Shown piece by piece: positions 50,287-58,821 of a stretch of DNA of 64,000 nt. A model generated the notes under the pieces. The model ran no database searches. It saw nothing but the letters and a program-made list of their open reading frames with translations, and was not told the DNA's origin. The translations under genes were made by a program, and so were the position numbers. The stretch is from an uncultured Actinomycetes bacterium (lineage in GTDB: Bacteria; Actinomycetota; Thermoleophilia; UBA2241): the NCBI GenBank assembly GCA_963709345.1, contig CAVPVX010000002.1, forward strand, positions 224,001 to 288,000, in the 5' to 3' direction. Each line of letters opens with the position of its first letter. The stretch's first letter is position 1.

Positions 50287-51465
50287 CTACTGAGCCCCAG
50301 GCGCCAGCCCGACCTTGCGTTTCAGCTCGAGCACCCGGAGCACCTTCGCCTCGGCCTCCGCCCTTGGGATTCGCCCGGACTTCATGGCCGCCGTCACGGC
50401 GTCGATGACCGGCCTCGGGTCTCCCGTGGCGAACAGCGCGAGGTCGGCGCCGGCCCTCAGCGCGCGCACGGCCGCGGCCGGCAACTTGAGGCCCACGGCC
50501 TTGGTCGTCGCGGCCATGGACAGCGAGTCGGTGATGATGACGGTCTCGTCGCCGGTTCGTTCGCGCAGGTACGCCAGGGCGCTGCGCGAGAGGCTCGCCG
50601 GAGTCTCATCCCCCGTGAGCCCCTTACTGCGCAGGTGACCCACCATCACCAGCGGCACACCGGCGTCGATCGCCAACTCGAAGGGCACCATGTCCTCGCG
50701 CCGCAGCAGAGAGAGCGAGGGGACGCGCGCGGCGCCGCTGTGCGTGTCGGTCGCCCAGCCGTGGCCGGGCCAGTGCTTGACGGTCGCGAGCACGCGGGAG
50801 GCCCGCAGGCCCGTCACCCAGGCGACGACGTGGCTTCCGACCACCTCGGGTCTGGCGGAGAAGCAGCGGTCGAGTGAGCTCATGTAGCGGCCGGGGACGT
50901 CCAGGTCGGCGACCGGCCCGAACACGACCGAGACGCGCAGCTTGCGCAGCCGGGCGCCGTACTCCTCGGCCGTCGCCCTGGTCTTCGCCGCGCTCCAGCC
51001 GCCCTGGACGCGAGCGGACGGCAGCGGATAGACCACGTCGCGCAGCCGCTGCACCTGCCCGCCCTCCTCGTCGCTGGCGATGAAGGGTTTGACGCCGTGG
51101 GGCGCGGCCTTGAGCACGGCTGCGAGGTCCCTGCCGATGCTGCTGCGCGCCCCGCCGCCGAGAACGACGATGCCGCCGATGCCCATCTTGGCGAACCTGC
51201 GACCGGTGAGCGGATCCGTCGCCGGCACGCTGCAGAAGACGAGCTGGGCGGCGAGCCGGCGGGCCGACCAGCCGGCGAGCTCCGAAGGCGCCGGCGGGCT
51301 CGGCGAGGTGGTCGGCGCAGGTGAAGAGACGACGGTCGTCGCTGCGGCGGCGCTCTCGTCGGCCGCCTCCGTCGCTCCCTGCGACGCGCAGCCGAGCGCG
51401 CCGGCCGCCACCGTCGCAACAGCCGTGAGCAGCAGCAGAATGGGGATGCCGCAGAGTCGTCTCAT
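50287..51465 (-). CDS. GH3 N-terminal domain lipoprotein (NagZ-like beta-N-acetylhexosaminidase)
   Basis: LGC lipobox; SDEEGGQVQRL, PVAD, KHWPGHG, DTH, MVGH, ITDSL. Confidence 0.88.
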   Translation of the reverse strand: MRRLCGIPILLLLTAVATVAAGALGCASQGATEAADESAAAATTVVSSPAPTTSPSPPAPSELAGWSARRLAAQLVFCSVPATDPLTGRRFAKMGIGGIVVLGGGARSSIGRDLAAVLKAAPHGVKPFIASDEEGGQVQRLRDVVYPLPSARVQGGWSAAKTRATAEEYGARLRKLRVSVVFGPVADLDVPGRYMSSLDRCFSARPEVVGSHVVAWVTGLRASRVLATVKHWPGHGWATDTHSGAARVPSLSLLRREDMVPFELAIDAGVPLVMVGHLRSKGLTGDETPASLSRSALAYLRERTGDETVIITDSLSMAATTKAVGLKLPAAAVRALRAGADLALFATGDPRPVIDAVTAAMKSGRIPRAEAEAKVLRVLELKRKVGLAPGAQ

Positions 51466-51492
51466 GCCGGCCGACGGTACCACCGGGTGCGC

Positions 51493-52446
51493 TCAGGAGC
51501 CAGCACCGCTCCCCCGTGCCACGGTCACGGCCACTCCCCCCCGTTTGTGTCCCTGCCCGACGTACCGGTGAGCCTCTGCCATCTCCTCCAGGGGATAGCA
51601 CCTGTCCACGACCGGCCTGATGTGACCGGCCTCGACCAGTTCCTTCATCGCCGCCAGTCTCCCCGAGTCCAGCTTGAGCGCGCCGTCGTCGATCGAGACG
51701 TACCCGTGCTTGCCGGGGACGCTCGCCCGGCAGGACTCCTTCAGTCTCGACGTCTTGGCCTCGCCGACCGCATCGAGTACGAAGTCGTACCTGTCGCCCG
51801 GCTCGAGCGCGTCGACCCTTGTGTAGTCGATGACGGTGTCCGCGCCCAGCGACCTCACCAGCTCCAGATTGGCCGTACTGCACACCCCGGTGACCTCGGC
51901 ACCGAGATGCTTGGCCCACTGCACCGCCGTCGTCCCCGACGTGCTCGATGCCCCGTAGACCAGCACTCTCTGGCCGCGCCGGATGTCGCCCCTCCCCATG
52001 TACTGCAGCGCCAGGAGCCCACCGTAGGCCGCCACGGTCGCTTCCTCGTACGAGAGGTTCGCCGGCTTCAGCGCCAGACACCCGTGTTTCGAGTCCGTCT
52101 CCTTCATGCACTTGTACTCGGCGTAGGCGCCGAGTCCGAAGCCGGTGAGGCCGTAGACCTGGTCGCCGGGCTCGAATCGCGTCGTGTTCCGGCCGACCGA
52201 GGTGATCTCGCCGGCCACGACCAGGCCGATGATCGGCTTGCGCGGTCTCGTGACGCCAAGCATCAGGCGCATGGGGATGCGCACCCGCAGCGGTATGTCA
52301 GAGCTGCGGATGAAGATGTCGCTGGCCGTCACGGCCGTGGCCATGACTCGTATGCATACCTCGTCGTCTTTGGGTCTGGGCCGTTCCACCTCTCGCAACT
52401 CGAGGACATCCGGTCCTCCGTATCTGGGACACACGATCGCTCTCAT
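51493..52446 (-). CDS. NAD(P)-dependent MDR-family oxidoreductase (alcohol dehydrogenase-like)
   Basis: YGGPDVLEL, GAYAEY, LGAEVTGVCS, AEAHRYV. Confidence 0.9.
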   Translation of the reverse strand: MRAIVCPRYGGPDVLELREVERPRPKDDEVCIRVMATAVTASDIFIRSSDIPLRVRIPMRLMLGVTRPRKPIIGLVVAGEITSVGRNTTRFEPGDQVYGLTGFGLGAYAEYKCMKETDSKHGCLALKPANLSYEEATVAAYGGLLALQYMGRGDIRRGQRVLVYGASSTSGTTAVQWAKHLGAEVTGVCSTANLELVRSLGADTVIDYTRVDALEPGDRYDFVLDAVGEAKTSRLKESCRASVPGKHGYVSIDDGALKLDSGRLAAMKELVEAGHIRPVVDRCYPLEEMAEAHRYVGQGHKRGGVAVTVARGSGAGS

Positions 52447-52625
52447 AGCGTTCCTCCAAGTCTGCCCATGAGGCGAGTCTACCGGGAGAGGCGCGGGCGG
52501 GAACCTCCCGATGGAGGTGGATGCGGTCGTCCATTTGAGGGATTTCGGGAGCGCGCGCTCCCTCCCTGGAGGTAGACCCGGGGCGTCGGTCCGGACTTCG
52601 GCGAGCCCATGCCCGCCGCCGTGGT

Positions 52626-52654
52626 TTGACCCGACTCCCCGCTCCCCCTAGCCT
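52626..52654 (+). promoter_or_regulatory. Putative sigma70-type promoter of the GH18 gene
   Basis: TTGACC-17 bp-TAGCCT. Confidence 0.55.
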
Positions 52655-52727
52655 CGGGGGCGGCAGGGTCGATCGTCGCGAACGCTTCGGTCGGCCGCAA
52701 CGCCCGCGCGGCAGGCAGGGACGTGAA

Positions 52728-53927
52728 GTGAACGGCGCTTCACAGACGAGCGGCAGGCACGACGGCGGCGAATCGCCTCGAGGATCAGAGCCGGGGCGCC
52801 CGCCTCGCGAAGAGCGGCGGGCGCGCCTGCGCCGACAGCGGCTCCTCGTGTTGGCAGCCGCGACCGGCGTCCTGGTCGTCGTGCTCGTCCTGCTGTTCAC
52901 CGTGGGACCGTTCGGCTCGCACCTGGACCGCCCCGGCGACCCGCCCCTCGGCTACCTGCGCGAGCCTCTCGGCGGCCGCCAGTACAGGGTCACCGCCTGG
53001 ACCCTCGGCGACGCCGCCTCGCTCAAGGCCGCGGCCGCGGCGGGCGCCGTCGACGAGGTCGACTTCGACTGGTACCACACGCAGGCTGACGGCAGCGTGA
53101 CCGCCGAGAGCGAGGATCCCGACCTGGTCGCAGCCGCCCGTGGCTACGACCTCAACCTGTTCGCCACGGTGACCAACTCGACCAGCTCCGGTGAGGCGTT
53201 CAGCCGGGATCTCGCGGCGGCGGTGCTGGCTTCGCCCGACCGCCGCCGCCGCTTCATCGACGATCTGCTCACCCTGGTCAGGGACATGGGCTACGACGGC
53301 GTCGACCTCGACTGGGAGGAGCTGCGGCCGGCCGACCGCGACCGCTTCTCAGAGCTCGTCGAGGAGCTCGCCGCCGCCCTGCACGCCGAGGAGCGCTTTC
53401 TCTCCATCGCCGTGATGCCCAAGACGTCCGAGCCCGGCGAGTGGGACAACCAGAAGTACGCCGACTGGAGCCGCATCGGCAAGGCCGTGGACGAGTTCAA
53501 GATCATGACCTACAGCTACAGCGGCCCGTGGGGCGACCCGGGTCCGCAGGCGCCGCTGGAGTGGGTCGACCGCGTGCTGACCTTCGCCGAGCGCAAGGTG
53601 CCGCCGGGCAAGATCTTCATGGGCGTACCGTTCTACGGGTTCGACTGGCACGGCGGCTCGGTCGCCACCGTCTCGGGGCACCGCGGCGCAGCGCTGGCCG
53701 AGACCTACGACGCCACCGTAAGCCGTGACCCCTCCTCACACGAGGCCACGATGACCTTCACCGACGGCGGCGAGACGCACACCGTGTACTTCCAGGACGA
53801 GAAGGCCGTCGCCGCCAAGCTCGCGGCGCTGCGCGCCGACCACCCCGACATCGCCGGCATCAGCCTCTGGGTGATGGGCCAGGAGGCCTCCGGCTTCTGG
53901 CCGCTCATCACACGCAAGCTGCGCTGA
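52728..53927 (+). CDS. Membrane-anchored GH18 glycoside hydrolase
   Basis: TM segment; YDGVDLDWE catalytic motif, IMTYSYSG, PGPQAP, MGVPFYGFDW, WVMGQE. Confidence 0.9.
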   Translation: MNGASQTSGRHDGGESPRGSEPGRPPREERRARLRRQRLLVLAAATGVLVVVLVLLFTVGPFGSHLDRPGDPPLGYLREPLGGRQYRVTAWTLGDAASLKAAAAAGAVDEVDFDWYHTQADGSVTAESEDPDLVAAARGYDLNLFATVTNSTSSGEAFSRDLAAAVLASPDRRRRFIDDLLTLVRDMGYDGVDLDWEELRPADRDRFSELVEELAAALHAEERFLSIAVMPKTSEPGEWDNQKYADWSRIGKAVDEFKIMTYSYSGPWGDPGPQAPLEWVDRVLTFAERKVPPGKIFMGVPFYGFDWHGGSVATVSGHRGAALAETYDATVSRDPSSHEATMTFTDGGETHTVYFQDEKAVAAKLAALRADHPDIAGISLWVMGQEASGFWPLITRKLR

Positions 53928-53973
53928 GCGTCACCGGGCTCTCGGACGGGGACAACATGCGTGGAGGGATGAG

Positions 53974-54831
53974 ATGGCCCAAGAGAAGATAGCGATCCTT
54001 GTCGACTCCTGCTCGGACGTTCCGGAGGAGCTCCGTCACAAGTACGGCATGTATGTGGTGCCGATGACGATCATCTACCCGGACGCGGAGTACTGCGACG
54101 GCGTCGACATACGGACCGATGACGTCTACGCGCGGTTCCCGCAGGAGATCCCCTCGACGTCGCTGCCGAGCCCGTCGGTCGTCGCGGATGCCTTCAAACA
54201 GATCAAGGCCGACGGCTACGAGAAGGTCGTGTCCGTCGCCATCTCCAGTGGGCTGAGCGGCACCTTCGAGATGCTCAGAAGCTTCGGCCCCGCCCCCGAG
54301 GGACTCGAGACCTGCTACGTCGACACGAAGAACATCGGCATCGGTAGCGGCTTCTCCGCCATACGTGCCGGCGAGCTCATCGAGCAGGGACTGCCGTTCG
54401 CCGAGGTGTGCCGCGAGGTCGAGAGCGCGGCACGGCACACCAAGCTCTTCTTCTGCGTCTCGACGCTCTCGTATCTCGTGAAGGGCGGCCGCATCGGTCT
54501 CGTCGCAGGCTTGGTGGGCAGCATCTTCGATCTGAAGCCCGTCATCTCGTGCAACGAAGACGGAATCTACTACACCGTGGCGAAGACGAGGGGGCGCAAG
54601 AAGTCGCTCCAACTGGCGCTCCAGAAGGCCGTCGAATACGCGGCGGGCGGCGAGGAGTACAACGTAGCGGTGATGCACGGAGCCGCGAAGCCGGAGGCCG
54701 ATGAGTTTCTGGCAGCCCTGAAGGCCCAGCTCCCGGACTTCCACCTCGCGATCGAGGGCCAGATAACCCCTGTGCTCGTCGTCCACACCGGCCCCGGCCT
54801 CATCGGCATCGGCATTCAGCGCCTGGCGTAG
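53974..54831 (+). CDS. DegV family fatty acid-binding protein
   Basis: VDSCSD, STSLPS, ISSGLSGT, KGGRIG, LKPVIS, HTGPG. Confidence 0.93.
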   Translation: MAQEKIAILVDSCSDVPEELRHKYGMYVVPMTIIYPDAEYCDGVDIRTDDVYARFPQEIPSTSLPSPSVVADAFKQIKADGYEKVVSVAISSGLSGTFEMLRSFGPAPEGLETCYVDTKNIGIGSGFSAIRAGELIEQGLPFAEVCREVESAARHTKLFFCVSTLSYLVKGGRIGLVAGLVGSIFDLKPVISCNEDGIYYTVAKTRGRKKSLQLALQKAVEYAAGGEEYNVAVMHGAAKPEADEFLAALKAQLPDFHLAIEGQITPVLVVHTGPGLIGIGIQRLA

Positions 54832-54850
54832 GTCGTGCCGCCCGCTGCCG

Positions 54851-55003
54851 TCAGACCTCGTCCGCGGTCACGGCGACGGCGAACGGCACGCCGAGCGCCT
54901 CGAAGTGCTTCTTCCCGCAGCGCACCTTGTCGGCCTCGCTGGTCCGCAGCTGCAGGAAGTCGCGCGTGCCCTTGGTCTCGCGGATGAGCTCCTGTCTTGG
55001 CAT
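54851..55003 (-). pseudogene. Remnant resembling the C-terminus of a type III restriction endonuclease (Res)
   Basis: MPRQELIRETKGTRDFLQLRTSEADKVRCGKKHFEALGVPFAVAVTADEV*; ETKG and K.CG.KHFEAL pattern recognised from memory. Confidence 0.65.
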
Positions 55004-55064
55004 GAGAGTACCACCACGATTCGATCGAGGTGGCTCCGGAGGTCCGCGTCCGCCTCCCCATCGT

Positions 55065-55094
55065 TTGCCCCCGCGCTCGCGCCCGTGATAGCAT
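55065..55094 (+). promoter_or_regulatory. Putative rpsT promoter
   Basis: TTGCCC-18 bp-TAGCAT with TG extended -10. Confidence 0.5.
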
Positions 55095-55162
55095 TTCGCG
55101 TCCGAACGCAGTCCCCACTGCCTCAGGAATCGTCACGCATCTAGCCTGATCGAAGGGATCAC

Positions 55163-55429
55163 GTGGCCAACATCAAGCAGCAGAAGAAGCGTATCCGCCT
55201 GGCCGCCAAGCAGCGGCTGCGCAACCGGCACACCAAGTCGACGCTCAAGACCCTGTTCAAGCAGCTCGAGAACGAGGTCGCCGAGGGTCAGGGCGAAGAG
55301 GCCGCGAAGACGGCCACTTTCCTCACCTCGCGCATCGACCAGGCCGCCGCCAAGGGCATCCTTCACAAGAACAACGCCGCCCACAAGAAGAGCCGCGTCG
55401 CGCACACCATCGCGCAGCTCTCTGCCTGA
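55163..55429 (+). CDS. rpsT: 30S ribosomal protein S20
   Basis: MANIKQQKKR, IDQAAAKGILHKNNAAHKKSR. Confidence 0.97.
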   Translation: MANIKQQKKRIRLAAKQRLRNRHTKSTLKTLFKQLENEVAEGQGEEAAKTATFLTSRIDQAAAKGILHKNNAAHKKSRVAHTIAQLSA

Positions 55430-55444
55430 GCGACGAGCTTCAGT

Positions 55445-55490
55445 AACGACGAAGAGGGCGGGCCGCGCGCGGCCCGCCCTCTTCGTCGTT
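55445..55490. terminator. Perfect 46-bp palindrome, likely bidirectional terminator
   Basis: aacgacgaagagggcgggccgcg|cgcggcccgccctcttcgtcgtt, between convergent rpsT and holA. Confidence 0.85.
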
Positions 55491-55573
55491 CTTGTTCCGC
55501 CGCACCGGCCGCTACGCCGGGTCTACCCCGGCCGTCCGGCCCCACGCGCCGAGCCGTCCGGCCCGGCTCCTGC

Positions 55574-56593
55574 TCAGGCGAGCAGTCGGGCCAGCGCCAG
55601 TTCCATCACCAGCCGTTCGCCGTCGTTCACGCCGCCCACCGACTCGAGCGTCGCCGGCGCCCTGCCACGCAGGCCGGCCTCGGCCTCGGCCAGCGCCCGG
55701 TAGGCGCGACCCAGGCGGCGCCGGTCGTACTGCTCGCGCTGTTCCAGAAGCTTCTTGGCGGCGAAGGGGTGCACCCCCAGTTGCTTCGCCGCCGTCGACT
55801 GGTCGGCATGCGGCAGCTGTGACGCGGAGTCGAGCTTCTCGATGTGCCGTTTGAGGCTGTAGAGCACACCGTTGGCGTCGTTCCTCGAGTTGCCCGCCGC
55901 GTACAGAGCCTCGAGCAGCCGGAAGCTCTGCCCGCGGTCCCGGTGCCCCACCGCGTCCATGAGGTCGAAGATCGCCGTATCGTCGTCGGGCGTGCAGATG
56001 GCGTCCACGTCCGCCTTGGTCGGCGCCTCACCTCGACAGTACACCGCGAGCTTCTCCAGTTCCCGCTCGAGCTGTTCCGACCTTCCCGGGTCCGCTCCGC
56101 AGCGTGCGAGCAGGTGCTCTGCGACCGGCCGGGCCAGGCGCATCCGGTGCTCCTTGGCGCGTCCGGCGACCCAGCCCGCCATCTCCCACTTCTTGGGCAG
56201 GTCGAAGGGCAGGACCGTGCCCGCCTTGGCGACTGCCTTGTAGAGAGCGTCGGTCTTCGCGAGCTTCTCAGCCTCGAAGGCGATGCACGCGTCCGGCATG
56301 GGATCCTCGATGTAGTCCACCAGCGCCTTGCGCTGGTTGACGCGGAGCTTGTCAGCCCGCAGCACGAGAATGAGCCGCATTCCGAGCGCGAGGCTGGGCG
56401 CCGCAGTCGCGTCGAGCACCTCCCGCAGCGACTCCGCGGTTCGGGCCGAGTCGACCTCGAAGGTCAGGACGTTGAGGTCGCTCCCTCCGTCCCTGATGAC
56501 CCGCAGTCGCAAGCGCTCCACAGCGTAGCGGACCTTGGGGCGATCGGTGCCGACGATGAGATACGCGGGCTGCAGCGGGTCTGAGGAGGCCAT
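55574..56593 (-). CDS. holA: DNA polymerase III delta subunit
   Basis: YLIVG, ERELEKL, IFDLMDAV, LGVHPF; convergent with rpsT. Confidence 0.9.
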   Translation of the reverse strand: MASSDPLQPAYLIVGTDRPKVRYAVERLRLRVIRDGGSDLNVLTFEVDSARTAESLREVLDATAAPSLALGMRLILVLRADKLRVNQRKALVDYIEDPMPDACIAFEAEKLAKTDALYKAVAKAGTVLPFDLPKKWEMAGWVAGRAKEHRMRLARPVAEHLLARCGADPGRSEQLERELEKLAVYCRGEAPTKADVDAICTPDDDTAIFDLMDAVGHRDRGQSFRLLEALYAAGNSRNDANGVLYSLKRHIEKLDSASQLPHADQSTAAKQLGVHPFAAKKLLEQREQYDRRRLGRAYRALAEAEAGLRGRAPATLESVGGVNDGERLVMELALARLLA

Positions 56594-56691
56594 CGTGCCG
56601 TGAGGATAGCACGCGGGCTCGACGCCCGGCCCGGCCCGCACTAGGATGCGGAGCGGCCGACGGCACCGGCCACAGACACCGGAGGGCCCGC

Positions 56692-58020
56692 ATGACGAAC
56701 CCAGCGCTGACAGTCGCCGCGAACGAGACGTCGCCGGCGCTCGTCGCGCTGCTCGCGGTCGTCGTCGTGGTGGAGTTGGGGCTGCTGGCGTGGGCGCTCG
56801 TCGACCTGTACCGGCGCCCGGCCGCGCAGATCAACGGCGGGAGCAAGATCCCCTGGCTGATCCTGTGCCTGCTGCTCCAGGTGATCGGGCCCGTCCTGTA
56901 CCTCGCGGTCGGCCGGGAGCGATCGGCGAAGGTGGCGGAGATCCCATCCCTCGGCGCCGCGGTCCCTCCGCCGCCGGCGGTCCGGGGCGTAGACGTGGAC
57001 GCAGTCGTCGACGCGCTCTTCGCGGGACCGGCGGCCGGGCCGGTGGGCGCAGCCGGCGCCATCCGCGACGAGCCGGACGGCGCAGCCGCCTCCGGCCCGG
57101 CCGTCGACCTCCGCGACGTGAGCAAGGCCTTCAAGGACTCGGTCGCGCTCGACGGCCTCACCCTGAGCGTGCCGCCCGGCTCCATCTATGGCTTCCTCGG
57201 CCCTAACGGCGCCGGCAAGACGACGACCCTGCGGATCCTCGCCGGCCTCGCCCGCGCCGACGCCGGGGTGGTCAGGATCCTGGGCAGCGACGTCGCCGGC
57301 GGCGGGGCCGACGCGCGCAGCCTGATCGGCTTTCTCCCCGACGTCCCGGCCTTCTACAAGTGGATGACGGCGCCCGAGTACCTGCGCTTCGCCGGCAGCC
57401 TGTTCGGCCTTTCGGGCGGCGAGCTCGACGACCGAGTGGCGGCGATGCTCGAGCTCGCCGGGCTGACCGGCGTGCGCACCCGGGTCGGCGGGTTCTCGCG
57501 CGGGATGAAGCAGCGTCTCGGCGTCGCCCAGGCGCTCATCCACGGCCCGCGGGTGCTGCTGCTCGACGAACCGACGAGCGCGCTCGACCCCATCGGCCGG
57601 CGCGACGTCCTCGACATGGTGGCATCGCTACGCGGGCGCACCACCGTCTTCTTCTCCACGCACATCCTCGCCGACGTCGAGCGCGTCTGCGACACGGTCG
57701 CGGTCATCGCCCACGGCAAGGTCGTAGCGCAGTCGGGCATCGACGAGCTGCGCAGCCGCAGAGGCGGCCTCAACCGCCTCAGCATCGCGGTCGACGACCC
57801 GCAGCGGCTGTGGGAGGGCCTCACGGGAGAAACGTGGCTACGCACAGTGGAGGTGGGTGAGTCCGGCGAGCTCCTCGTCACCTGCGACGACGTTGAAGCG
57901 GCGCAGCGCGAGCTGCCGGCCCTGGTGGGCCGGCTCGGCCTCGCGCTGCGCCGCTTCGGCGTCGACGAGCTCGACCTCGAAGACGTCTTCGTCGATCTCG
58001 TCGGGGAGGGCCGGCGATGA
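56692..58020 (+). CDS. ABC transporter ATP-binding protein with N-terminal PLDc_N membrane hairpin
   Basis: WALVDLYRR...KIPWLILCLLLQVIGPVLYLAVGR; GPNGAGKTT, FSRGMKQRLG, LLDEP, STH. Confidence 0.9.
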   Translation: MTNPALTVAANETSPALVALLAVVVVVELGLLAWALVDLYRRPAAQINGGSKIPWLILCLLLQVIGPVLYLAVGRERSAKVAEIPSLGAAVPPPPAVRGVDVDAVVDALFAGPAAGPVGAAGAIRDEPDGAAASGPAVDLRDVSKAFKDSVALDGLTLSVPPGSIYGFLGPNGAGKTTTLRILAGLARADAGVVRILGSDVAGGGADARSLIGFLPDVPAFYKWMTAPEYLRFAGSLFGLSGGELDDRVAAMLELAGLTGVRTRVGGFSRGMKQRLGVAQALIHGPRVLLLDEPTSALDPIGRRDVLDMVASLRGRTTVFFSTHILADVERVCDTVAVIAHGKVVAQSGIDELRSRRGGLNRLSIAVDDPQRLWEGLTGETWLRTVEVGESGELLVTCDDVEAAQRELPALVGRLGLALRRFGVDELDLEDVFVDLVGEGRR

Positions 58021-58781
58021 AGGGCTTCGCACCGTTCCTGCGCAAGGAGTTCGGCGAGACGGTCAAGACGTGGCGTCTCTGGGTCCTCCCCGGCTTCCTG
58101 CTGTTCGCGGCACTCAGCTCGCCGCTGGTCACGTATCTCATGCCGACGCTGCTCGACAGCCTCGGGACCGCGCAGCAAGGGCTCACCATCACCGTCGCCG
58201 ACCCGACCGCCCTGCAGGCCTATCTGGAGTACCTCGGCAATCTCGGCGAGCTCACGCTCTTCGCCCTCGTCATCGCCTACGGGGGCATCGTGAGCGGCGA
58301 GGTGCGCGGCGGCACGGCGGCGCTCACGCTGGCCAAGCCGCTCTCGCGCGCCTCCTTCGTCACCGGCAAGTGGCTCTCTCAGGCGGCGGTCGTCATGGTG
58401 GCTGCGGCTCTGGGGACGGTCATCTGCATCGGGTTGACGCAGCTGTTGTTCGACGGCGGCCCGTCGGGCCGGACGGTCATTGCCGTCGTCCTCTGGATCG
58501 CCTACGCGCTGATGCTGCTCGCCGTGATGGTGCTCCTCAGCGTCGAGCTCAAGGCGCCGGCGGCAGCCTCCGGGGCCGGCGTCGGCGTCTACGCCGCGCT
58601 GCTCGTGCTCGCGCAGTTCGAGGTCACAAGCGGCGCGACCCCCGCGGGCCTGCCGGCGGCGGGGTTTGCCATCGTTCGCAACGAGCCCGCGCAGTGGGCG
58701 GGACCTCTCGTCGCCACCGTCATCGTCACCGCCGCTTGCCTGGTGGCCGCCGTCCTCCGCTTCGAGCGGCACGAGATCTAG
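58017..58781 (+). CDS. ABC-2 type permease
   Basis: LRKEF, EVRGGT, KPLSR, GKW; multiple TMs; ATGA overlap with the ATPase. Confidence 0.88.
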   Translation: MKGFAPFLRKEFGETVKTWRLWVLPGFLLFAALSSPLVTYLMPTLLDSLGTAQQGLTITVADPTALQAYLEYLGNLGELTLFALVIAYGGIVSGEVRGGTAALTLAKPLSRASFVTGKWLSQAAVVMVAAALGTVICIGLTQLLFDGGPSGRTVIAVVLWIAYALMLLAVMVLLSVELKAPAAASGAGVGVYAALLVLAQFEVTSGATPAGLPAAGFAIVRNEPAQWAGPLVATVIVTAACLVAAVLRFERHEI

Positions 58782-58821
58782 CGCGATCGGCGCCGGGCCG
58801 CCTGCCACCGTCCCGGAGACC

